A stretch of DNA of 64,000 nt. Origin: Candidatus Cloacimonadales bacterium. GTDB taxonomy: Bacteria > Cloacimonadota > Cloacimonadia > Cloacimonadales > JAIOQZ01. The stretch covers positions 1,792,001 through 1,856,000 of the forward strand of contig OY762463.1 of the NCBI GenBank assembly GCA_963665815.1, in the 5' to 3' direction. The number at the start of each line of letters is the position of its first letter. Positions within the stretch are counted from its first letter, which is position 1. The notes beneath the pieces were generated by a model. The model saw nothing but the letters and a program-made list of their open reading frames with translations. It was not told the DNA's origin and ran no database searches. Shown here piece after piece: positions 38,350-47,124 of this stretch. A program made the position numbers and the translations under genes.

Positions 38350-39314
38350 TTTTCCTCCAGATTACTCTTTTGTTTGTACCAGAGAGTAAATCTTCTAATT
38401 CCTTCTTCAAAACTTGTTGTGGGTTTATAATTTAGTTTATTCTCTGCCTTTGTAATATCGGCATAAGTAATATCAACATCACCAGGCTGCATTTCCATAT
38501 ATTTCTTTTTGGCTTTAATTCCAAGACTATCTTCAATTGTTTGAATCATTTCTGTTAGTTTAACCGGGCTGTTATTACCCAGATTGATAACATCATAAGA
38601 GCATTTCGATCTGTTATACTCAACAGCACTTGTTATTCCTGAAACAATATCTTCAATAAACGTATAATCACGGCTGGTAGAGCCATCACCAAATACTGTA
38701 ATTTCTTTCCCTGAAGAAATAAGATCAGTGAATTTATGAATAGCCAAATCAGGTCTCTGACGAGGTCCATAGACTGTAAAGAATCTTAATATTGTAGAAG
38801 AAACACCATAGAGATGATAATAATTATGAATTATCAATTCGCAAGCTTTCTTTGTCGATGCATAAGGTGATATTGGAAAGTCCACATTATCTGACTCGGA
38901 GAAAGGTATTTTTTTATTATTTCCATAGATAGATGATGTAGAAGCAAAAATAAGATTCTTCACATCATACTTTTTCATTACTTCAAGAATTTTGATCGTA
39001 CCATTAATGTTTACGTCAGCATAGTATTCCGGATTCTCAATAGAAGGTCTCACCCCAGCCATTCCAGCGAGATGAATCACAATATCAATCCTGTTATCAC
39101 TAAAAATTCTGTTTAGAAAATCACTGTCTCTTATATCTCCTTCACACAGTGTAAAATTACCATCATTCAGTATATTCTTTATATTATTCCTTTTGATCTC
39201 AGGATTATAATAATTACAAAAATTATCAAGGCAGAAGATCTGATTCTCTTTTATTAGCGATTCGCAAAGATTTGATCCTATGAATCCGGCTCCACCTGTT
39301 ACTAAAATTTTCAT
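38346..39314 (-). CDS. NAD-dependent epimerase, UDP-glucuronate 4-epimerase-like
   Basis: HLAGMAGVRPS, PISPYASTKK, LRFFTVYGPRQRPDLAIHKF, QPGDV..TYADI. Confidence 0.85.
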   Translation of the reverse strand: MKILVTGGAGFIGSNLCESLIKENQIFCLDNFCNYYNPEIKRNNIKNILNDGNFTLCEGDIRDSDFLNRIFSDNRIDIVIHLAGMAGVRPSIENPEYYADVNINGTIKILEVMKKYDVKNLIFASTSSIYGNNKKIPFSESDNVDFPISPYASTKKACELIIHNYYHLYGVSSTILRFFTVYGPRQRPDLAIHKFTDLISSGKEITVFGDGSTSRDYTFIEDIVSGITSAVEYNRSKCSYDVINLGNNSPVKLTEMIQTIEDSLGIKAKKKYMEMQPGDVDITYADITKAENKLNYKPTTSFEEGIRRFTLWYKQKSNLEEK

Positions 39315-39324
39315 TTATGCTCCT

Positions 39325-40044
39325 TTAATATGCGCCCTTTCCTGTTATGACCGCAGGAATAGTATTGAGAAGAATTTTGAGATCTTCCCAGAGGCTCTGA
39401 CTCTTTATGTATTTTTTATCCAGTTCGACCTGTTGATCAAATGGAATTTCGCTTCTTCCGCTTACCTGCCAGATGCAGGTGATTCCAGGTTTAACATGAA
39501 GTCTTTTTCTGTCTTCAAGAGAATATTCGGCAACTTCTCTCGGGATTGGAGGTCTTGGACCAACAAGACTCATGTCACCAATAAACACATTGTACAATTG
39601 AGGTAACTCATCAATACTGAATCGTCTGATAACTCGACCGACTTTTGTAATTCTGGGATCCTTCTTCATCTTGAAGATGACACCTGCTTGAGATTCATTC
39701 TGATTAAGTAATTTGTCTTTAAACTTATCCGCATTCATTATCATAGACCTGAACTTATAAAAATCAAAGTGTTTACCATTGAGTCCAACTCTCTTCTGTG
39801 TGTAAAATACAGGACCCGGATCCTCTAGTTTTATCAAAATTGCAGTAATGAAGAATACCGGAGACAAAACAACCATTCCCAAAACTGACAGAACAACATC
39901 AATCAATCTCTTCAATCCATAAGAAAACTTGATTGTCAGTTCCCAGAGTATCAGTTTTCTGAGATGTCTTGTTTTTCTTTCTTCAATATTGCTGTCATCA
40001 AGCTGATTAATTATTTTCCGACGAAAATCTTTATCTACTGCCAT
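39325..40044 (-). CDS. Priming sugar transferase (undecaprenyl-phosphate phosphoglycosyl transferase)
   Basis: KRLID, YKFRSM, DPRITKVG, IDELPQL, MSLVGPRP, KPGITCIWQVSGRS. Confidence 0.95.
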   Translation of the reverse strand: MAVDKDFRRKIINQLDDSNIEERKTRHLRKLILWELTIKFSYGLKRLIDVVLSVLGMVVLSPVFFITAILIKLEDPGPVFYTQKRVGLNGKHFDFYKFRSMIMNADKFKDKLLNQNESQAGVIFKMKKDPRITKVGRVIRRFSIDELPQLYNVFIGDMSLVGPRPPIPREVAEYSLEDRKRLHVKPGITCIWQVSGRSEIPFDQQVELDKKYIKSQSLWEDLKILLNTIPAVITGKGAY

Positions 40045-41371
40045 CTCTGCCTCTCATTCTGTGCTTCCAGTCAAGGACTCTGAGCAAAAATAACGGATTT
40101 CCGATAATGTATCTACGCCACATTCTTCCCGGTTCTTTATACAATCTGTAACTCCATTCCATACCTATTTCTCTGAGCCACCTTGGTGCTCTTTCTATTC
40201 TTTCCGAATAAAAATCGAACAAACCGCCAACTCCAAGAACTACATTTGCATTTATCTTGTCTCTGTAATCATTAATCCACTTTTCCTGTAATGGTGCCCC
40301 AAATGCAACAAACAGGATTTCAGCTTTACTTTCGTTTATCGCTGTAACAATTTCTCTACTGTGAGATCTGTCAAAATAGCCGTCTGCTGTTCCGCAGATG
40401 TTAAGTCCAGGAAAATCTGATTCGAGCTTCCGCTTCATCTGGTCTGCAACTCCGGGTTTTCCTCCGAGAAGATAAATTCTGTAGCTGTTTTCAATTGCCA
40501 GATCTCTGATATACGGAAACATATCTGTACCATTGATGTTCTCCTTTAAAGGAGTGCCCAGCATCTTGCAGGCAATATGAACACCAATACCATCGGGATA
40601 CACAATATCGTTATTCTTGATAATACTGTAGTAATCTTTATCAGAATACATTTTGTTAAAACAATCAGGATTAACATAATAGATTGTAATTTTTTTATCT
40701 GTCTTCACAGCTTTATCAATATCTTCAACAGCCTGATTCATAGTTTTATTATCAAAATCAATTCCAATCAGATTCACTTTCTGTTCAAATTCAGAATTTC
40801 CTCCAGAGTACAACAATGCAGGTAGTCCTTTAAGAAGAAGCATCAGGTCATACACAGGATTCCTTTTGTAAGTGAATTCCCATTCCGTGTTAAATCTGCC
40901 TTCATAAGCTGTTCTACTCGCCTGCCGTATAAACCACAAACTGATTAATCCGGGATTACTATCAAGAAGGTAAGATTCTCCCAATTGTCTTTCTTCACTG
41001 GAATATTCTCTAATACTAACTCCAACAAGATCAATTTCACCTGTCAAAACATAGTATATAAGACTTAATTTATTCAGTTTATCATTAACAATGTTATAGT
41101 ACTTCACTTTAAGTGGTTTTCCATGTATGCCAAACACTGTTTTTTCAGTAAACACGGATTTTCCTGTTAACGATTCTCTTAAATATAATAATACTAAAAT
41201 TACTGCGTTCACAGGAAGAAAAATGAAAAACAGACCTATTGAAATGAGATAACTGATCAGACCATAAACAAATTTAATCAGCATTGATTCAATAACATAA
41301 GCAGATTTTCTGGATTTCCCCTTCAATCTGTTTTCAAGCTTATTTATCTGTCTCAGTTTTCTTTTATCCAT
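40031..41371 (-). CDS. WecB/TagA/CpsF (GT26) glycosyltransferase with an N-terminal degenerate sugar-transferase domain
   Basis: C-terminal PDGIG, NGTD, LLGG, G.PLQEKW, GVGGLFDF, RAP.W....MEW.YRL..EP.R..RRY; N-terminal VLTGEIDLVG...PGLISLW. Confidence 0.9.
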   Translation of the reverse strand: MDKRKLRQINKLENRLKGKSRKSAYVIESMLIKFVYGLISYLISIGLFFIFLPVNAVILVLLYLRESLTGKSVFTEKTVFGIHGKPLKVKYYNIVNDKLNKLSLIYYVLTGEIDLVGVSIREYSSEERQLGESYLLDSNPGLISLWFIRQASRTAYEGRFNTEWEFTYKRNPVYDLMLLLKGLPALLYSGGNSEFEQKVNLIGIDFDNKTMNQAVEDIDKAVKTDKKITIYYVNPDCFNKMYSDKDYYSIIKNNDIVYPDGIGVHIACKMLGTPLKENINGTDMFPYIRDLAIENSYRIYLLGGKPGVADQMKRKLESDFPGLNICGTADGYFDRSHSREIVTAINESKAEILFVAFGAPLQEKWINDYRDKINANVVLGVGGLFDFYSERIERAPRWLREIGMEWSYRLYKEPGRMWRRYIIGNPLFLLRVLDWKHRMRGRDGSR

Positions 41372-41383
41372 TCGTCAAACCTG

Positions 41384-42496
41384 TTAAATCATAAAACAAT
41401 TCATTATTCTTTGTGCATGAGCTTTCCAACTGAAATTCTGCACACGTTCTAAACCTTTTTCTATCAAAATCTTCCTCTGATCTTCGTCCGACAATAACTT
41501 CATGATACTGTCTCGTATTGATTCAGGATCTGCTGGATCAAAAATTTCTACAGCATCACCACCGACTTCTACAAGAGATGGCGTATCTGAGCATGCTACA
41601 GGAGTTCCACAAGCCATGGCTTCCAGCATTGGGATCCCAAAACCTTCGAAATATGACGGAAAAGCATACAATGATGCTGATTTGTATATCTCCGGTAGTA
41701 GTTCTCCGTCTACAAAACCAGGAAATATCATCGAATCCCTGTCATCCGAATTGCTGTGATAATCTGTTACTGCATCGCTGCCAGACCAGAGTTTACCGGG
41801 CATTATCAGCTTGTATTCCTTCTTTATATTATCAGGAAGCATCTCAAATGCTTTCATAAGATTAAGATGGTTTTTTCCAGGATGCTCAATTCTGGCAATA
41901 TACAGAATATATTTTCCTTTATAAATTTCAGGCAACTCTCTCCCTGAAGTATATTCACTGTTAAATCGCCTGTCATCATATCCGTTATAATTCAGAACAA
42001 TCTCAGTTTTCGGAGTTCGAAAAAACTGCATGATGTCGTTCTTAGTACTTTCACTGATTGCACACTTATAATCCGCTTTCCTGAGAAAGTGAGGTATTAT
42101 ATGTCTGATATAGAACATTCTGAAAACATCATATTTACCATCAATATGGAACTGAGAAAGATCATGCACTGTGGCAACGGTCCTGACAGGATACCTGCAC
42201 AAAAGTCTTCTGTTCCCCGCCGGTAGAAATATACCGTCATACTTTCCTAATCTGAAACAAAATGGGACAGCAAAAAGATGCCATGCCATATTTAACACAG
42301 GTTTTTCCAGACAATTCGGCACAAGAATAAACCTGAGATTCTTATGTCTTACAGGGAATGCTTTCAGATCTTTCTTCAGCAGCATTAAATCAATAGATGC
42401 ATGTTCCAGTAATTCTCTGACCGAGTTTATGATATAGTCAGAAATCCCTGATTGACCACTATCAAACGCCATTCCACTAACAAATAGTTTTATCAT
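41384..42496 (-). CDS. Glycosyltransferase family 4
   Basis: TVHDL, ARIEHPGKN, FPSYFEGFGIPMLEAMACG. Confidence 0.93.
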   Translation of the reverse strand: MIKLFVSGMAFDSGQSGISDYIINSVRELLEHASIDLMLLKKDLKAFPVRHKNLRFILVPNCLEKPVLNMAWHLFAVPFCFRLGKYDGIFLPAGNRRLLCRYPVRTVATVHDLSQFHIDGKYDVFRMFYIRHIIPHFLRKADYKCAISESTKNDIMQFFRTPKTEIVLNYNGYDDRRFNSEYTSGRELPEIYKGKYILYIARIEHPGKNHLNLMKAFEMLPDNIKKEYKLIMPGKLWSGSDAVTDYHSNSDDRDSMIFPGFVDGELLPEIYKSASLYAFPSYFEGFGIPMLEAMACGTPVACSDTPSLVEVGGDAVEIFDPADPESIRDSIMKLLSDEDQRKILIEKGLERVQNFSWKAHAQRIMNCFMI

Positions 42497-43644
42497 GAAT
42501 CATCTCCCTGCAGAAGACTTTCAATTCTCTGCACATTTTCTGTGTTATCAAATTTTTTCTTGAAGAACTTCAGAGCTTTTTTACCCATAATCTTTGATTT
42601 ATCCGGAGCAAGTACAAGTTGATGTAAAAAACCGGCAAATGCCAGAAGATTACCTTCCTGAACAAGGAATCCATTCTCTTCATGATACAGCCACTCATCA
42701 ATGCCACCGATGTCAAATGCGATAACAGGTTTCCCATGTGAAAATGCTTCAGGTCCTATCATTCCGAATGGTTCCTGCCATCGTACCGGAACAACAACAG
42801 CGTCACATTTATTATAATAATCATTAACATTATCTACCCACCCGGTAAATGTAACATGCTCTTCAATACCGAATTTTCTTACAAGAAAATCCAGATATTC
42901 TCTGTCATTACCGTCTCCTGTAATAGTTAGATGGAATGGATATATCAGCATTGCTGCAATTTCCATAAGCTGATCTACCCCCTTACCTCTTATCAACTGC
43001 CCTACATAGAGAAGCTCTAGCTTATCATTCTTTTTATACTCAGGTTCAGGAGCTTTATCAATTATGGGATAGACTTTATGGATTTTCTGATCAGCAAATC
43101 CGTTTTCAATCAGATTCTTTCGCATATAATCCGAAAGCACAACGATTTTATCGCTTTTTTTCAGTGTCTGCATAAATGTCTCAAACTTATGAGGATTCAA
43201 GAACTTGACTGGAAAGCTTTGGCCTGTCTTCTGTATCAGACATGAACATAGCGAACAATATTGCTTATTGAATTTCCTGTTACAATTGATTCTTTTGTAG
43301 GGATAGTATTTGTGCTTTCTCATACAGTAGAAATCATGATCGTGTACAGTTAAAACCGTTCTGTAATTCTCCTGCATCATTTCTAGTAGATTCTGACTTG
43401 TTATCTTGTGAATATATGCAACATCAATATCACCAAACAATTCCTTTACTTGTTCAATTGTATGATTGTTATAGATATAACACTTCTCAAATATCTGCTC
43501 AAATTCCTTTTCATTGTCCGGCATTTTTTCAAAAAACCCGAACAATTTATGTCCCTGCTCCTTCAAAAGAAGCCCGACTTTGTATATATACTTTTCAACT
43601 CCGCCTTTAAAGCCAAAATGCGTATTCACAATTAAAATATTCAT
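42493..43644 (-). CDS. Glycosyltransferase family 4
   Basis: GGVEKY, GQLIRGKG, EPFGMIGPEA; Cys-rich insert (HD..C...C.....C..C). Confidence 0.92.
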   Translation of the reverse strand: MNILIVNTHFGFKGGVEKYIYKVGLLLKEQGHKLFGFFEKMPDNEKEFEQIFEKCYIYNNHTIEQVKELFGDIDVAYIHKITSQNLLEMMQENYRTVLTVHDHDFYCMRKHKYYPYKRINCNRKFNKQYCSLCSCLIQKTGQSFPVKFLNPHKFETFMQTLKKSDKIVVLSDYMRKNLIENGFADQKIHKVYPIIDKAPEPEYKKNDKLELLYVGQLIRGKGVDQLMEIAAMLIYPFHLTITGDGNDREYLDFLVRKFGIEEHVTFTGWVDNVNDYYNKCDAVVVPVRWQEPFGMIGPEAFSHGKPVIAFDIGGIDEWLYHEENGFLVQEGNLLAFAGFLHQLVLAPDKSKIMGKKALKFFKKKFDNTENVQRIESLLQGDDS

Positions 43645-43934
43645 AATCTTTTTTCTCTACAGTTTACACTGTCATCAATGCTGATAATCAGTGCGTTGTT
43701 AATATTCTGCTGTTTCATTGTAATCAACAGTTCCGTATCATGGATAGGACATGCCCTGATCTTATTATATATTAAAACAATCAGTTCATCATCAACTGAA
43801 AAACACAATGAGTTATTTATTGGTCTCAGTTCCCTGATTCCATTTTCACAAATCCCTGAAAAGCAATCAATCCTGAGCTCTTCAGTATTTGTGCTCGAAA
43901 TTACATTGAGAATCTTTTTCTTATACTTTTCCAT
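43641..43934 (-). CDS. Hypothetical protein (97 aa)
   Basis: Fills the gap between two glycosyltransferase genes (6-nt gap upstream, 4-nt overlap downstream); no motif recognised. Confidence 0.55.
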   Translation of the reverse strand: MEKYKKKILNVISSTNTEELRIDCFSGICENGIRELRPINNSLCFSVDDELIVLIYNKIRACPIHDTELLITMKQQNINNALIISIDDSVNCREKRL

Positions 43935-43940
43935 GAAATT

Positions 43941-46280
43941 TTACTTCATCATTACTTTTTCATAAACATCTTCATATAAACCAATTAAATATTTATATGT
44001 ATATTTCTGTCTCACAAGCTTTTCACCTTCTGCTGCAAGGGCAGAGAGTTTATCTCTGTCAGTATATGCTTTGAGCATTTTCTCCGAACACATTTCAACA
44101 TTCTCAGAATCAAAAAGATATCCGTTTTTACCTTCAACAACAAGGTTGGGATCAACGACATTGCTTTGAATAACCGGAGTTCCACTAATCCAGCTTTCAA
44201 CAACAACAGCACCCGAATTCATGAACCTGACAGGAATAACATGAACATCTGAATACCTGAGCCAGCTCAACACTTCCCAGCGATCAACCATTCCGGTGAA
44301 AATCACGCGTTCATCCAGATTATGCTCACCGACAAGCCTTTTCATCTCTTCAAAAAGTTGAGGTTCATAGTCTGCTCTTCCTACGAAAACATACATTGAA
44401 TCCGGAATCTCGTTCGCAATTTTTATAAAGGCTTTAAGTCCTATCATCTGTCCCTTGATCTCTGATACCCGTCCCAGAGAAAGGAAGACAAATTTATCAT
44501 CATTAATTTTTTTAATCTTTCTTATGTTATCTACTTCAACCTCATATTCATTCAAAAGAATAGGTACAGGCGAATAAGACACATTTGGATTAAACTGTTT
44601 GAAAAATCTGATTTCTTTATCTGCAATTGCGAATATGTGATCATACCCGTGCAGAAACATTTTTTCTCTGTGTTTTATATTATAAGAGCTCAAAACATCC
44701 GGATTAATTTTACCTGTTTCTTTTATTATACCTGCATAATCAAGAAAATCGAAAGAACAGAGAATTACTGGCATATTGAACAGCTTTCCTATGATAAATG
44801 CCAGCATATTGTTATAGCTTATTGCCGGGAAGCACTGGATTACATCATAACGTTCATTAATCAGATGCCAGATGATTGTCGGGCAAAGAGTTTTTGTTTT
44901 GATATTTGGCAATTTCACAAACGGATTGAACAGATCATATAACCTTTTTACAATAAATCCGTTTTCAATCTCAGTCTTTTCTCTGTCTATTCTATGAGGA
45001 CAGATTACTGTTACTTCGTTATTCTTTGCCAGTTCTATTGCCTGATAGTGGATATTTGTTTCAGCTCCGCCGACTTCCGGATAAAATCTGTTTGTCAGTA
45101 TTGCTATTTTTTTTCTTGTTTTTACGGTTTTCAAAAACTCAATAAAAGATTTTCCTACATTATCTGAAAAATAGAGCTTCATCGTTTTTGCATAAAGTCT
45201 TTGTCCAATCTCAGAAAGCTTCTCCGGTTCTGCATGAAGCCTTTTAATTTCTTCACACATTTTCTCTGCAGAATCCCGAATTACTACTTCAGACTCATCA
45301 AGTTCCAGCCCTTCAATACCAATTGTAGTCGTTAAAACTGCTTTTTTCAGCATACCGGCTTCAAGAATTCGTGTTCTTGTTCCGGAAGCAACCCGTAATG
45401 GCAAAAGCACTGATAATGCATTATGAATCTCTGACTCAATATCATCAACTTCACCAATAATATCAATATTATCATAGTCCTTATAATCGGAATAAAGTTT
45501 TGATTCCTCTTTACCAACAATCCTGATCCGTATATCATTTTCAATCAGCCATTCCTTCAGGGCAGGATACATGTTATTCACAAAATTCATAAAAGCATCT
45601 TCATTAGCGGCAGAACTCAATGTACCAAAGAACAAGATGTATTTTTCATTATTCAAAGAAAATGTATCTCTGTCAACACGGCCAATTGCATTTGGCAGAA
45701 TTTGATAATGCAGTTCAGGACGTTTCGCATAGTCCAAAACCATATCTCTTTCAACCGAATTAGAAAAAAAGAAATAATATGGTCTTGAGAAGAATTTCTT
45801 CTCGAAAGCTTTTAACTTAAGATACTCTATGAAGAAATATCTGTTTTTAAGAGTTTTACATTTATTCCATGAAAGCTCAGCAATTCTTGAAAAAAGCATG
45901 TCCACATCAATGATGATTTTTGAGTTTGGAGATATATATTCAGCTATCCTTGCCAGCTTTGCCATTGAGCTGAATCGAAATACAATCAGATCGTATTTAC
46001 TGGATTGCAGTATGCGCTTCCATTTTCGAATCTGCTCATTAGTAAATTTATATACCGCTGTAGTTTCCCATAAGTTCGTATCCATTTGTGTACCCATGGA
46101 ATAACAGTTTTCATAGCCGCTATGTTTATGTACTTTAGAGAAAATGTATCTCCATGATCTGACGAGAAACAAATCACAGTCATATTCCTTATTGAGAGTA
46201 TTCCATAAGAATCTGCTACGGTTTTTATCTCCACCTTTTTCATTGGCAAACGGAGTATCTACATAAAGCACTTTCTTCAT
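43941..46280 (-). CDS. Tandem double GT4 glycosyltransferase fusion
   Basis: First GT-B unit (GGDKNR...SGTRTRILEA...TTIGIEGL) and second GT-B unit (RFYPEVGGAE...LGRVSEIKG...GAVVVES). Confidence 0.88.
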   Translation of the reverse strand: MKKVLYVDTPFANEKGGDKNRSRFLWNTLNKEYDCDLFLVRSWRYIFSKVHKHSGYENCYSMGTQMDTNLWETTAVYKFTNEQIRKWKRILQSSKYDLIVFRFSSMAKLARIAEYISPNSKIIIDVDMLFSRIAELSWNKCKTLKNRYFFIEYLKLKAFEKKFFSRPYYFFFSNSVERDMVLDYAKRPELHYQILPNAIGRVDRDTFSLNNEKYILFFGTLSSAANEDAFMNFVNNMYPALKEWLIENDIRIRIVGKEESKLYSDYKDYDNIDIIGEVDDIESEIHNALSVLLPLRVASGTRTRILEAGMLKKAVLTTTIGIEGLELDESEVVIRDSAEKMCEEIKRLHAEPEKLSEIGQRLYAKTMKLYFSDNVGKSFIEFLKTVKTRKKIAILTNRFYPEVGGAETNIHYQAIELAKNNEVTVICPHRIDREKTEIENGFIVKRLYDLFNPFVKLPNIKTKTLCPTIIWHLINERYDVIQCFPAISYNNMLAFIIGKLFNMPVILCSFDFLDYAGIIKETGKINPDVLSSYNIKHREKMFLHGYDHIFAIADKEIRFFKQFNPNVSYSPVPILLNEYEVEVDNIRKIKKINDDKFVFLSLGRVSEIKGQMIGLKAFIKIANEIPDSMYVFVGRADYEPQLFEEMKRLVGEHNLDERVIFTGMVDRWEVLSWLRYSDVHVIPVRFMNSGAVVVESWISGTPVIQSNVVDPNLVVEGKNGYLFDSENVEMCSEKMLKAYTDRDKLSALAAEGEKLVRQKYTYKYLIGLYEDVYEKVMMK

Positions 46281-47122
46281 CGCTTAATTCCTTTGGAATA
46301 ATCACTTATACCTCTATTCACAGCATATTTCTGAACGAGTCTGTAAATAAAAGACTGACATATTAAATGATATTCATTTCGTTTTGCAATCCAGATAACA
46401 TCTCTCAAAAACTCCATAATGAATGGTTTCAGGAAAAATCTGATCAAAGACGGTTTGAATCCATATATTTTACCTTCTGCCACACCTTCCCCATGGAATC
46501 TTTTATATACCTGTGGAATAGTGTAATTATGAGAATGTTCTACAATTGCTTCCGGGACATACACAAGAGTATATCCTTTGTTTTTCATTCTGTAAGACCA
46601 CTCTATATCTTCGGAGTACTGTATGTCAGGATCAAAGGGATGTTCCTGAATCATAGATTTTTTGACTGCACTGGTTGCAAGTGAAAAGAAATGATGCCAG
46701 TTCTTAGATTCTCTTCCGTCTCCAAATGCTCTCACCATGTCTTTTATCACAAGAGAATGAGCGTCAGGTCTATAAATCTGATTTCCGAATACAGCCGCAA
46801 CTTTTGCATTTAAAAGAGGCTTTATAAGGTTTTTCAACCAGTTTCTGTCCTGCGGAATGCAATCAGAATTGTTAAACACAATAATATCACCATTCGCTCT
46901 GGCAACAGCTTCATTTAATACTCTGCCCGGAATATAGTCTGACGATTTTATCTGATATGCATTATCTGCATTATACTTCCGAATTACTTCCCAGGTACCA
47001 TCTCTGGATCCTGAATCAACATTGAGAATCTCAAACTCATCATAATCCTGTTCCAGCAGCATTTTCATTGTTGTTTCAATATATTCAATATCGTTAAACG
47101 ATCTTACAATAATTGTTACCAT
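46277..47122 (-). CDS. Glycosyltransferase family 2 (rhamnosyltransferase-like)
   Basis: VDSGSRDGT, FNNSDC, SEDIEW, VEHSH. Confidence 0.9.
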   Translation of the reverse strand: MVTIIVRSFNDIEYIETTMKMLLEQDYDEFEILNVDSGSRDGTWEVIRKYNADNAYQIKSSDYIPGRVLNEAVARANGDIIVFNNSDCIPQDRNWLKNLIKPLLNAKVAAVFGNQIYRPDAHSLVIKDMVRAFGDGRESKNWHHFFSLATSAVKKSMIQEHPFDPDIQYSEDIEWSYRMKNKGYTLVYVPEAIVEHSHNYTIPQVYKRFHGEGVAEGKIYGFKPSLIRFFLKPFIMEFLRDVIWIAKRNEYHLICQSFIYRLVQKYAVNRGISDYSKGIKR

Positions 47123-47124
47123 GT

